From Folioceros fuciformis (lineage: Eukaryota), in contig JBNGIO010006112.1 in assembly GCA_049999805.1 (NCBI GenBank), positions 107,015 to 171,014 on the forward strand: 64,000 nt of DNA. Reading direction: 5' to 3'. Each line of letters begins with the position of its first letter. Within the stretch, counting starts at the first letter, position 1. The notes below the pieces were generated by a model that was not told the origin of the DNA, made no database searches, and saw nothing but the letters and a program-made list of their open reading frames with translations. Both the position numbers and the translations under genes were made by a program. Positions 45,501-58,149 of the stretch are shown here, in pieces.

Positions 45501-47826
45501 CCATTTGAAGGCTAAGTTAAGGACAGAGGAGCTTGAGGAGCTTGTCGTTGCCACTGATAAACTCAAAGAAAAGCAGGAGACACCTGATCCACCTGAGGCA
45601 CTGAAAGTTGTCCCATGCCTGTCGCTGGCAGACCTGCCAAAGGAACCACCTGTTATACCCATAGCTGTATGATCTCCTTGATCTCTACACCACTCCTTGT
45701 ACCTCCGTGTTATGTGCTTGGAGCTTGTGACATCTGCTGTACGAAATCTTGCAGGTTGACCAACGGAAAGGAGCAACCATCCTGAGACACGATATATCTA
45801 CAAATGATGTGTTGTATGCGGACATTGGATTCGATATGCGTACTGTGGACCCTGAGCTTCTTCCACTTGTGCCCCTGTTCTGGTATGTGAACGTTTGTCA
45901 CTTATCTAAGTTAACCGGAAGTTGCATACAGTTACTGATTACTCTGCCCTTACAGCCAAGCTCTGCTAGAGATGGGGACCAAGGACATGGACTTTGTGCA
46001 ACTAGAACAGCTGATCAAGTCGAAAACAGGGGGGTTGTCTGTTGGACCAAGTACATCGTCCATTCGTGGGAAATCAGACATATCAAGTCATCTGTTCATC
46101 ACAGGCAAAGCCACAGCACCACGTGTGGCGGATTTGTTTGAGCTGGTGTGACTCATCTGGACATCCTCTGTGATGCGCTCTTATGCCAGCAATTCCATCT
46201 TTTTGTTTTCCTCATCTGTGGTCAATTGTCGCTTTGTTGCAGATGCGAACCGTGTTACAAGATGTGCAGCTTACTGATCAAAAGAGATTCAAGCAGTTCG
46301 TGTTATCAAGCAGGTCCAGGATGGAGGTATGAGGAGAAGGTGGAGTGTGTTGCAGTGAGAAGTCGGGGTTTTTTTTTTTTTGCGGATCGAGAAGTCGGGG
46401 TGGATATTGAGTTCCTTGTCCCGTATTAAGTCAGGTTGCATCTGGTTTCTCAGAGTGCGTTCACGGGTTCTGGCCACGGCATTGCCACAACAAGGTTGGA
46501 GGCGATGTTCAATGTTGCTGGCTGGGTTCTTGAGCAGCAGGGAGGTCTGAGGTGAGTTAGATTCGACCGTAGGATTCCGTTACGTAAATTTATAATGTTG
46601 TGATTTCTGTTGGAATTGCCTTTGACACGCGTCTCTGTGACAGCTATCTCCAGTATTTGCAGAAACTTGTAAAGCAAGTAGATGAAGATTGGCCCACTGT
46701 CTCAGCCTCATTGGAGAGGATCCGGTCCTCCCTGCTCTCAAAGCGTGCAGTTGTTAATCTGACAGCGGATGAGAAGACACTTGCCCTTGCAGATCCACAC
46801 GTGTCTATGTTCCTTGACTCCTTGCCAGAGAACAACGCCGAGATTCGGGGATGGTCCTCCAGACTACCTCTGAAGAACGAAGGTTTTGCAATTCCTACGA
46901 AGGTACCATCCATGACATGCTGACGCTGGGAAGGTCTTCCACCCAAAAACTAACTTTCTCTGGGTAAATTTTTTTCTCGGACTAATGTCATATTTTGTGG
47001 TTTCGTCAGGTTAATTACGTAGCAAAATCAGCAAACATCTATCAGGCAGGCTATAAACTCCATGGCAGTGCCCATGTGATCTCCAAATATATTGGGACTA
47101 CATGGCTCTGGGATCGTGTGCGTGTCAGCGGTGGTGCCTATGGAGGGTTCTCTGACTTCAACGTACACTCAGGTAAACAGAGAGCTGGACACCATGGAAC
47201 CATTCAGCAGACTTAGTAGCAGCATGCGACTAAACTCGTTCCCCCATCTTTCGTCTGTATAGGTGTATTCTCATTTATATCGTACCGAGACCCAAATCTG
47301 ATGGAGACAATCGAAGTTTATGATGGGACTGTCGATTTCCTTCGAGAATTGGAGCTGGGTGAAGATGCCCTTACTAAAGCCATCATTGGCGCCATTGGGG
47401 ATATTGAGCCTTACAGACTACCAGACGCCAAGGGACGCGTGAGGTTTGTCACTTCCCGAAAGTTACCACGCCGCTACACACACTCATTTTCCAGATGCTG
47501 ACCATCTTGTGCCATTTTCGCAGCATGAGACGCTACTTATTAGGTATAACAGAGGATGAAAGACGGCAACGACGAGAAGAAGTGCTGTCCACTAGGTGAG
47601 GTGTAGATGCAGTTCATGAGAGACGAGCTCCAACCTGGACTCTGTTTCCTACTACCTCTGATTTTTTCTCCGGATAACTTGCAGTGTGAAGGATTTCAAG
47701 GACTTTGCAGACGCCTTGGAAGCAGTGCGAGACAACGGGCTGGTCGTTGCGGTGGGATCAGCTGAGGATTTAAAACATGCCAACGAGGAGGATCCCGGAT
47801 TCTTGACTGTGCAGCAAGTGCTGTAG
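42509..47826 (+). CDS. PREP: Presequence protease (M16C zinc metallopeptidase, organelle-targeted), multi-exon
   Basis: Arg/Ser-rich transit peptide; [38 protein letters not shown] (HxxEH), FQQEGWHYEL, LRENNTGSFPRGL, WLWDRVRVSGGAYGG, SYRDPNL; stop at 47824-47826. Confidence 0.97.
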
Positions 47827-48225
47827 AAACTATTGAATGAAATCAATTTTCAATTTTGTTGTTTCGTCACACCAAAACCAAGAAAGACCGAAACAACTTT
47901 CAACTGGACCTCGACAGCGAAACGGACAAGGACCAGAGGGCCCAACCACAGACCGCGGGTGCCCCGTGATTGGACTTTGGGCATCACGGGTCGTGGACCG
48001 GGACCGACGCAAGGGTTCTGTCTCCTTGAACCCGACCCGGCCAGCCGTACTACGCGGAATGCAGAGGACGTTACGCGGTTTAGGGTTGTGGGGCTTGTGA
48101 CCACAGGGCGCGCTGGCCACAAATGGCACCGCGGTCGCTCATAGCAGCTGCCTACTCTTAGCTGCCCTGCTCTCACCGAACATTGCAGCCTCCTAACGCT
48201 ACACACTCGGTTGCGGAAGGAGAGG

Positions 48226-49161
48226 ATGCGACGAGACATCCCCGACGGCTCTGCAGGTGAGATGCGCCGTAACGAAGTCTCTGCAGGTGAGATCCGTCGT
48301 AACGAAGGCTCTGCAGGTGAGATGCGCCGTAACGAAGGCTCTGCGGGGCTCAACGTGGTGGAGCAGCTCACGGACGATCAGATTGCAGAGTTCAAGGAGG
48401 CGTTCAGCTTGTTTGACAAGGACGGAGATGGTACTGCTCTCTTGTCCGGTTATGTAGATGTTGCGGACTGTTTTTTCTGTTCTGGATCGGTCATGGCAGC
48501 GTAATTTCTATCTCGATCCGCTTCTTTGGTCTTGATGAGTCCGACGGTCTATCCCGATCCGCTTCGTTGTCCTCGCGGCCCGTCAACATCCGCCTCATGG
48601 ATCGTCTCCTCGACGAGAGAGTCTTCGTTCAATAAAGTCTGTCGCGGGTCGGCGGTGTCCGATTTGCTGCCTAGATGTGGTGCTCAGCTGTCAAGTTGCT
48701 GCTGTGCTGAATCGAGGTGTCAGCGTTTTCGATGCGCGATTCATTTCCGCTGCAGGTAGCTTACGATTTGGCGCGAAATTGTTTCAGGCAGCATCACGAC
48801 CAAGGAGCTCGGCACCGTGATGCGGTCACTTGGCCAGAATCCGACTGAGGCTGAGCTGCTGGATATGATCAGTGAGGTAGACGCAGACGGGAACGGCACT
48901 ATAGATTTTGCAGAGTTCCTTAACCTTATGGCGAGGAAAATGAAGGACACGGACTCTGAGGAGGAGTTGAAGGAAGCTTTCCGTGTGTTTGATAAAGACC
49001 AAAACGGTTTTATCTCCGCTGCCGAGCTCAGGCACGTGATGACCAATTTGGGAGAGAAGCTCACCGACGACGAGGTCGATGAGATGATCCGTGAGGCTGA
49101 TGTTGACGGTGATGGACAGGTGAACTACGAGGAGTTCGTTAAGATGATGATGGCTAAGTGA
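48226..49161 (+). CDS. CAM: Calmodulin with a 43-aa repetitive N-terminal extension; join(48226..48430,48788..49161), 192 aa
   Basis: Canonical 4-EF-hand CaM ([47 protein letters not shown]...[13 protein letters not shown]) with the conserved plant Gly26 phase-1 intron; the usual Met1 position is GTG (48355). Confidence 0.9.
48247..48348 (+). repeat. 30-bp coding tandem repeat x3.4 ([10 protein letters not shown])
   Basis: ggctctgcaggtgagatgcgccgtaacgaa at 48247, 48277 and 48307, partial at 48337. Confidence 0.95.
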
Positions 49162-50684
49162 TCCCAACGTCTGTGCTGGACTGGGATCCTCTTGCCTGTA
49201 GCTTACTAGGTAGGTGTAATTGGTCGAGCTAAGCTGTTGGCATCCTGACCAAAACGGTGTTCGTGTTGTTGTACCATTTTGGGGCTGCAAGGGAATTCGT
49301 CGGAGTCTGGTAGTACTGGAAGGCAGGCTATGTGTGACTTCGAGATTTGGATTTGTACAGCGTATGTTTCACACCAGTGTATGCTCGGATACAAATGTAG
49401 CCTTAGTTCTGAGTCAATAACGAACCTGGTTTTCCTCATTCTCTTCTTTGGGGTTATCGTATAAGCCACGGAATGGGAACTGATCGGTTGTTTCTTCCTT
49501 ACACTCGGTTGGCACTTGTGTATTGGCCTGGTAAGTCCGGGTTGTAGGGTCGCATGAAGCTTGCGCCCATAAATATCCCAAAACGACACCCGGATCGGAT
49601 GCCTTTCAACGGACATCTACTAGGTGCGCTGTAGCAGATACTTACAATCAATGGTGTGGGATATAAAACGTATCGTGTGGGGTCCTCCACGGCCTTCGCA
49701 ACGTCATCGAAGCCGAGCATCGTGGAAGACTCACCGCCGAGTTGTTCGACGCTAATTGCTAGCACGATCATCTTGGTGGAAATTGTTTTGTATATACGAC
49801 ATTGTGCAGCATTTGCTACGGAGTTCTCTGTGACAAGATCTTGCAGATTCCGGCCCTAACCACGGCGTACGTCACTCCGCGATTGCTGGGCGGGTCATGC
49901 AATTTAGCCTTGAAATGAATGGTGGACAGAGGTATATCTATGAGAACATGTAGGTACTGTGTATAGAATTTTCTACCTTGTATGGTATGAATATTTTTTT
50001 AAGCATATTATGGTATATATTTATTATTTTTATGATATCTAGGAGTTTCTAGAGTTGTAGAATACTATCAACTGTGCAATGGGTACTCTTATGGAACCTA
50101 TGATGATTGTTACGATCTTTTGGGAATTTATAAAATTATAATATTTTTATTTATTTAAAAAAAAACAAGATAAAAGACCCCTCTACATGATAGTTCATCC
50201 TTATGAGGGTTCATCCTTATGAGGGTGAGGTTATGGATAAGTGAACAAGAGGGAGATAAAACACTAGGACTAACGCCCTTAAGCCTAATGACTACCAATA
50301 GTACCTAAAATATCATGGTTTGGAAGGAGAAAGGGCCTATGTCAGCCCCAAAAAATACGGACCTGAAAAGTTTTCTATGGTCTAAAGATAGTTTCGGATC
50401 GAAGCAATTCTTCGAACCAGGTCCATTGTACCATTGGACTAACTCCGTATCCGAGTCCGACACAATACTCTAGTAGAAGCGAAACGCAGAGTACAACTCG
50501 GATCGGGTTGTGCACTGGAGTCCAAGATGATGAAATTTAACCAGACCTAAAGCTGAGCCACTCGCCGGAGCAAGCTTCATATGTCGCCTTACAAACTCCG
50601 ACCAGGGAGTGGAGACGGCGTCTTCAAAACACATGGCAAGACGTTTGAGATTAGTCACAATTCTTGAAGGATGAGCTTGGAAGA

Positions 50685-50830
50685 ATGGGCTTCCTGGTGG
50701 CCATTGCCTACCTCAACCCAAGGAGTTTCCAGAGTGACTTGCAATCAAGCACTTCGTACCAGTACGAGTTGTTGTGGGTGATCTTGGTGACATCTTGCTC
50801 CATGTTCATCATCCAAATGCTGGCTGGTCT
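50685..50830 (+). pseudogene. Isolated exon fragment of an NRAMP metal transporter
   Basis: MGFLVAIAYLNPRSFQSDLQSSTSYQYELLWVILVTSCSMFIIQMLA matches the NRAMP1-type [33 protein letters not shown]; the DPGN motif is decayed and no other exons were found. Confidence 0.75.
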
Positions 50831-51277
50831 CCTTCTAGCACACCTTCTCACCAACCCCAACATAGTCGCAGAGCTCCACACATTTGTGGCCTAGTCAGAG
50901 GATGCGCTACAACGAGACACAAAAAATGTGTTCCTAGTGACAGGGATTGGGCAGGATTGGCGGTGTTGATGCTGACACTAGGACGTAGGGATAATGGAGG
51001 TAGAGTGGCAACGGCCACTAATGCAAATGCACACACTAGCGTTCGTGATTCTATCATAGGTTGTTAGAAAAATAACCATCGAGGGTTAATCAATCCTAGC
51101 TACTTTAGGGTTACAAACTATTATTTGTATATAACTCTTTTTGCTCCATTATTGAAGATGCTTTTTTCCTTATTATCAACTACTTGCCTTTGCATGCTAG
51201 TTTACTTAGCTAGGTACAAGAGGCCTATTATTTACATGGTATCAAGAGCCTGATGCTTGATCTTTGTTGCTTGTACA

Positions 51278-51914
51278 ATGCCTCGTAGAAGGGAATCCCA
51301 TATATTACCTACCTCTTGTGAGGTGTTTCCATGCAATCACAGAGGAGCGCAATGGATTCCCCCAACGGATTCCCCCAACAGGCAATGGACCTTGGAATCA
51401 ATATCTTGATGAGTATCGTACCCAAATCCGTGCGTATTGGAAGAGGCAAGCACAAGAACAAAGACAGTATCATAATCTGAGAGATTGCAAAGGGGAGTCA
51501 TCATGCTTTCATCCTGCTCAAAATTCTAGATTACAATCGAATTCTAGACTTCTGAGAACTCGAAGGGATTCATCCATTTATGACACTTTGCAAAATTCCA
51601 AATTAAAACAACATTTTTTGAATTTGGATGATGCCATATGAGATGAGGAGAATGATAACGATTTTCCAGATTCCAATGAATCATTGTCAAAATTGATTAA
51701 TTATCACTATGACAAACTTGATGTTCGAATTTCTCAATTGATTCCAAGACAAGATCTCTTTCTTATAGCCTTACATGACATGGAGAAGAGATTGCAACAT
51801 GGCATGAATCAATGCAGCAAGGATACCAGTGATAGTGTGTCTGCTACTCAGCACTTAATCCAATTGTTTATACAACATTCAGATGTGAAGAAATTACAAA
51901 AATTGGGCCAATAA
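51278..51914 (+). pseudogene. Extra ORF ('ORF0') upstream of gag inside the copia element; ~207 aa when repaired
   Basis: Removing one 13-bp tandem duplication (ggattcccccaac, 51354-51379) and reading through one TGA (51639) gives a continuous ATG-initiated ORF. Confidence 0.55.
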
Positions 51915-52342
51915 GGGCAAAGCCCTGAATATATTGCTCTATAACTTCCGCTGTGCGTAGAAGGGGGGGACATTATAGTGGTGCGCAGTGCTTGGGCGCT
52001 CACTACTATCATGCTGGAGTAAGGGATTGACTGATTTTGCTTGAGATCTAAAGCAATTCATTCAATTTCTTCCTTGCTGCCAATTGGCAGTTAAAACGGT
52101 TATTTGGCTCCTACCCTACCATCTGAAAAATCCCATGAACACTTTTATTAGTTTTTTAGGGCATATTTTTCAGAACTTAGGATAGTTTTCCTAATTAGGG
52201 CACCTTTCACATTCATTTATACATTCCCATTAGATCTGAATGGTCACATAGATTTTTTGATGTACCTTCTTGTTAGTTTGCAATTCCCTGTTGCACTCCT
52301 TCCATGTCACACTTCTCTTCATCCTCCTGCAAACACACAGTC

Positions 52343-55300
52343 ATGGCCACACCTACTTTTACATATGATCTTAAGGATAAAAACAGATTTAACGGCACTA
52401 GGTATGACATATGGAGTGTTAGAATGAAATCAACCTTGCTTGCTCGTGGAGTCTGGAAGGTGGTTGATGGATCTAATCCGGACCCAGGCACTCCTTCTAG
52501 TCCTACAACAGGAGGAGTTACAGTTACCCAAGCACAGAAGGATACATGGGATAACCTGAATAGAATTGCCATGGCCTTGCTTGTTAATGGGCTTGATTTA
52601 GATCTTGTCCCCGAAGTAGAGTTCCTCACCCATGCCAAGGCAATTTGGGATCAGCTTGCAGGAACCTACAAAGTTGAAACTATGATGAGCTTATGCGCAG
52701 TAAGGCAGCAATTTTATACCTTGAGCATGAAGGAAGGAGATTCTGTTGCAGCATTCACCAGTCGATTTCGGCATTTGCGTGCCCAAATGGCTGCTCTTGG
52801 CACAACTATGCAAGAAGTGGATGCGGTGGCTCAGCTTCTCACTAGGTTGCCTCCCAGTTACCAAACATTTGCCGCAACACAGAACGGTCCAATTCGAATT
52901 GCTGGCAGAATGTCAAGCTCACAGATGTCATTGGGGCTCTTTACCAAGAGGAGATGAGCCGCCCAATGTCATCAAGGGGATAGCGTTCTAAAACAGGCAA
53001 AGTATTTTCTGTGACAAGAGGAGGTCGTTTCAACACAAGAGGTAGAGGGAGAGGTCAATCACCTGCTCAGCCCAACATTACCAATCCTTCCACTTCAAAG
53101 AGACAAGGTAACTGCAATTGGTGTGGGACTCCTGGGCATTGGGCTAGAGAGTGCAGAAAGAAGAAAGCCGGGGAGCCTCAGCGGGCAATGCCTCGACCTG
53201 CAACTGCACATGCCACATCACAATCCAGAGATAAGGTTTCAGAACCTCAGTCTAGGAAGCCAGTAGTGAAAATCTTGACAGTCTGCTTAAGCACTCACAC
53301 GAGTGAGGTAGACAGTTGGTACCTTGATAGTGGTGCCACAGATCACATTTGTCGTGACGAGTCCCACTTCACTAGCTTGACGCTTACCAGTATCTCTGAA
53401 AAAGTTTTCTTAGGTGATAAATCCAGCTCCAGCAGTCTGCACATACATGGTAGAGGAGTATGTAAGTTCCCACTTCATGATGATACCATCTTAGTTTTAC
53501 GAGATGTTCTCTATGTACCTAAGATGGCCAAAAATCTGATGTCCCTTAGTAGGATAATGCAAATAAAGGATTTGATACTTACAGTCTCAAGAACCAATTG
53601 TTGCTTTGCTCGTCATAGCCCCCCTTCTCGCTGCATTTTTCAAGCTGTCCTACAATCAGAATTGTATCGTTTGGATATCACTTGCATTCGTCGTGAACAA
53701 GTTAATTCTACAACTGTTGGTCCTTTGACAACAGCTCAACAGGCCAGACTTTGGCACACCCGCCTAGGGCATGCAAATTGCTCTAAACTTGTTGATCTAT
53801 CTAAGCAGGACTGTTACAAGGAGCCCCTCCCTTGCTGCTTTAAAGATCTGCCAATTTGTGAAGTATGCGCTTTGGCAAAACAGTAGGAGACACCCTTTCC
53901 TACAGCTCTTGCATTTCGATCCACAGCAGTTTTGGAGTTAGTACATGTAGACATCAGTGGGAGACTTCAAGAACAATCTCTTGGTGGAGCACAATATTAC
54001 TTTACCCTGACTGATTACTACAGCAGATATACATGGACATACCCTATGGAGCACAAGAGTGACACCTTTCTTTTCTTTCAAGATTAGTTGCTGGTTGTTC
54101 TAAGGCAGACTGGTTATATGCTGAAATTGTTCCGCACCGACAATGGAGGGGAATTTACGAGCTTTGCCTTTGAGCATTTCCTAGAGACACAAGGCATTAT
54201 CCATCAGCTAATAGTTCCATACACGCAACAACAGAATGGCGTTGGGAAAGAAAAAATCAGACGTTGATGGGGATGACGCGATCTATGCTTTTGTGGTCTG
54301 CATTACCTAATCCTTCCTAGGCTGAAGCTGTAGTCACGGCTACCTACATATTGAATCGTCTTACCTCTCATTCTATTTCTGGGGGCACACCTTTTCAACT
54401 ATTTTGGAATCGAAAGCCGCGTATTTTACACCTGCGTATTTTTGGTTCTTGCGCTTTCGCTTATGTTCCTGCACAGAATAGACGTAAGCTTAATAATCAT
54501 TCAAGACGATTGATTTTTGTAGGCTACAGTGAAGTGACTAAGGGCTATAAACTTCTGGACACTCAAACAATGCAGCTAGTGGTAGCTCGGAGTGTTACCT
54601 TTATTGAGAATTTGATTCCTTTATCAAATGATTCCTCCCTTTCACCTGGAACAAAGGAGGATCCTATTAGTAAGGAGTATTCTGAAAATTCAGGTGATTA
54701 CCCAGATGATGCAGACGGTGAGTCAGATGCAGGTATTGTTTTTCCACCTGCTTCTAATCCCGCTATCCCTCTAGTTCTTCAGCCCTTGCCTTTAGCACCT
54801 GCACAACTAGTCAACTTGCACCACCAGCTAATGCCCCACAGGATGAAGGACCTGCAAACCTTGAGAATGAAAATCATGAAAACCCAGACAATATTGTAGA
54901 CTCAGAACGTGAACTTGACAGTTCTTCTCAAGATTCTAATTCTACTGATGAGAATGGCCCTTTACTTGTCCCAGTTAATGCTCCAAAACCAATTCGTTGA
55001 TCTACCCATGTGCATCGTTCTCCATCGGAATGGATAGAACCTCGTTATACCTCCATCAACTTTCGTAAGTCAATGGGAGTTTGCACACCTGCTGTTCACA
55101 ATGCCTCCTTGCCAATCATTCCTCCTGAACCTGTCACCCTCAAAGAAGCATTTTCAGGTCCAGATAATGACAAGTGGAGACATGCAGTGGACGATGAGTT
55201 TAACACTCGTACAAAATGGTACCTGGAAACTTGTTCCTCACCCAAAGGGCCGTAAACCCATAACCTGCAAATGGGTATTTAAGCATAAATTAGATGCTAG

Positions 55301-56708
55301 CAGCAATATAGAAAGATACAAAGCAAGGCTTTGTGCACGTGGATTCACACAAATACCTGGTCTGGATTTTCAAGAGACTTTCTCTCCAGTGGTACACTCT
55401 CAATCAATTTGTCTTATGCTCGCCTTAGCTGCTGAGCGTGATCTAGAGTTGCAGCAGATGGATGTGAAGACAGCTTTCTTACATGGAATTCTAGAGGAAG
55501 AGCTGTATATAGAGCAGCCTGAAGGCTACGAAGACTCTGAGCATCCAGATTATGTGTGTCAGCTCATTAAATGCATATACGGTCTTAAACAAAGTGCAGA
55601 ACGCTGGAATGCAAGGCTGGATACCTGTCTCAAGGGCCTGGGATTTGGCCAGAGTCCTGCTGATCCCTCTGTTTACATTTATGATGATGACACCTCATAT
55701 GTTCTGCTCGCTGTTTACGTTGATGATGCAATATTTGCTGGCAATGATACGCGTCTGTTAGCAAGAGTACAAGACATGTTGCAAACTGAGTTTGAAATGA
55801 CAGATGTAGGGGACCTGAAATTTTGTCTTGGTATTCAGGTGTTGAGGGTACGTGAAGAAGGCCTGATAATTATTCATCAACGCAAGTATATTTCAGAAAT
55901 CCTTCAACATTTTAACATGGCTAATGCACATCCTGCAAATACACCTTGTGCCAGTGGAGTAAAACTTACCAAGGCTGATTGCCCTGTCTCTGACCTGGAC
56001 ATTGCTAATATGAAAGAAGTTCCCTACCGTCATGCAGTTGGCAGTTTGTTATTTGTGAGCAATTGGACCCGGCCAGATATCACATGTGCTGTTAATACAA
56101 CCTCTCAATTCTTGGAATGTCCTAGCTGTAATCACTGGACTGCCATCAAACGAGTATTCCGTTACTTGAAAGGAACACATCACTATGGCTTACACTACAG
56201 GAGGACAGGGGTAACACCTACCTTGTCAGCCTTTTCCGACGCTGACTGGGCGTCCGATGGGGATACACGTAAGAGCTTATCAACATATGTATTCTTCTTA
56301 TCCTCTGCAGCTGTCACATGGAGTTGTAAGAAACAAAGCAGCATAGCCCTTTCAAGTACTGAAGCTGAATACAAATGCCTTACCGATGCTGCGAAAGAAG
56401 CTGAATGGGCACATTCTTTCCTCTCCTCAGTTCACTGCGAACAGGCATCACCCACTATGCTGTACTATGATAACCAATCTGCCCTAGCCCTTGTAGAGCG
56501 TCTCAAGTTTCATGCCAGGACAAAGCACATAGAAATTGCACAGCACTGTGTAAGGGAAGTCAAGGCTAGGGGAATCATCAATCCTGTCTACATCCACACT
56601 GATGAAAATACTGCTAATGTCCTCACTAAACCTCTGTCTAAACAAAAACATCAGACACACATCGAGGGGTTGGGCCTCGTAGATTTTTCTCAATACTTTA
56701 TTGCATGA
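52343..56708 (+). pseudogene. Copia gag-pol polyprotein with frameshifts and stops
   Basis: UBN2-like gag (RFNGTRYDIWSVRMK), zinc knuckle CNWCGTPGHWAREC, protease WYLDSGATDH, WHTRLGH..CEVC, integrase RTDNGGEF, RT QMDVKTAFL/YVDD, RNase H DADWA/RTKHIEI; stops at 53884, ~54085 and ~54318. Confidence 0.95.
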
Positions 56709-58149
56709 TGACAAACTTACATGGCAGCAAGACTCACAGGGCTCCCAACAAACCTAGCATTTCTTCAGTGAGCCTAAGTTTTGATTTCACTATATGCTTA
56801 TACCTACACAAGATACATAGACAGACACCTATCAGACTCCATCTTCAGACTCTTGCATGTTTAGTTTAGTTTCAGTGAGAGCAAGATCAGTAGGGATCAG
56901 CCAAATTTTTTCCATGTGTCCAGCGGATGAAGCTACACACTACTCTAATCCTATGACATGGAAATAGAAGGCACCTACCTCTAGAACGATGCGTGTCTCA
57001 CCTTCTTCAGCGCGTATAGTCCACAAGCCTCCATTTCCTTTAGCACTTCCCTGTACACCTCCACACTTAGCTCTCGGTCGTCGTCCCTTATATCCACACC
57101 CGTTTCAGCCTGCAACTTGAGCTGGGCAGTGCGCCTGTGCCTCCTCCAGCAACCTAATTAGCTCCTTGCACTCCTCCGTAACAAATTTGTGGTCTAGGAT
57201 CGAATTACATGCACATCATTAGTAGAAATGACAAGATTAAGATTAGGCGTGGCCAAAAGTGGCCTTAAGCCAGGAGAGAGAGTGCGTGCACCGGTTCGGT
57301 GGTGGCTGTTGGTTAGGGTTGCGACCCTTATGAAAAGCTATGACTCTATGAAACGCTCCCAGCGTTTCATACCCCGACTTTCGCCCTAATAAATAAATAA
57401 TTAATTAAGTCTGGCTATTAAATGTTAAACCTAACTATTCACGCATTTTCCACACTCCGCAGCCTTGGCCAGATTGATCAATGCACGCCTATGGGCTGTG
57501 GTCGGCCAGGTCTTCTGTGAAGCCGCAAATTTGCTGGAGTCGCGAGACTCCTCTTCTTGTTTTCTGCTCCTCTACGGGCGCCTCTGACTGGAAATTTCTT
57601 GCTTCAAAGGTTGTACCATGTCTGCAGAGAGTTAGAGGATCTATGGTGCTACAAGGGAGGTGTGAAGATCGCGACTTCCAGCCGCAGCAGTGACAATATG
57701 GGTTAGGTTATAGGCAGCCTCCTTATTTCGGCACCGCCTTCGCATAACAGATAACGAAACGGATAACGGATAACAGATAACGCAACGAAGAATGGATAAC
57801 GAATAACAGATAACGGAACGGAGAACCTTATCCATTTGCAGATAAAGTTTAAATATTTTTTTTAAATTTAACCCGTCAAGCTTAAGTGGGAGTGTTAGAA
57901 AAATAACCATCAAGGGTTAATTAATCCTAGCTACTTTAGGGTTACAAACCGTTATTTGTATATAACTCTTTTTGCTCCATTATTGAAGATGTTTTTTGCC
58001 TTATTATCAACTACTTGCCTTTGCATGCTAGTTTACTTAGCTAGGTGCAAGAGGCCTATTATTTACATAGGTGACTGTGCACTCATTTTTGGACACCATT
58101 GCGAAAGCTCAAGGCATCGACCAGGAGCCCAGGAGCTAACATGGGCTCC

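Larger units (their letters stand above)
51062..58067 (+). mobile_element. Full-length Ty1/copia LTR retrotransposon (7.0 kb), inactivated
   Basis: 175-bp TG...CA LTRs at 51062-51236 and 57893-58067; 5-bp TSD TAGGT on both sides; PBS TGGTATCAAGAGCC (tRNA-iMet-like) at 51237; PPT AAGTGGGAG before the 3' LTR; domain order gag-PR-IN-RT-RH. Confidence 0.97.
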
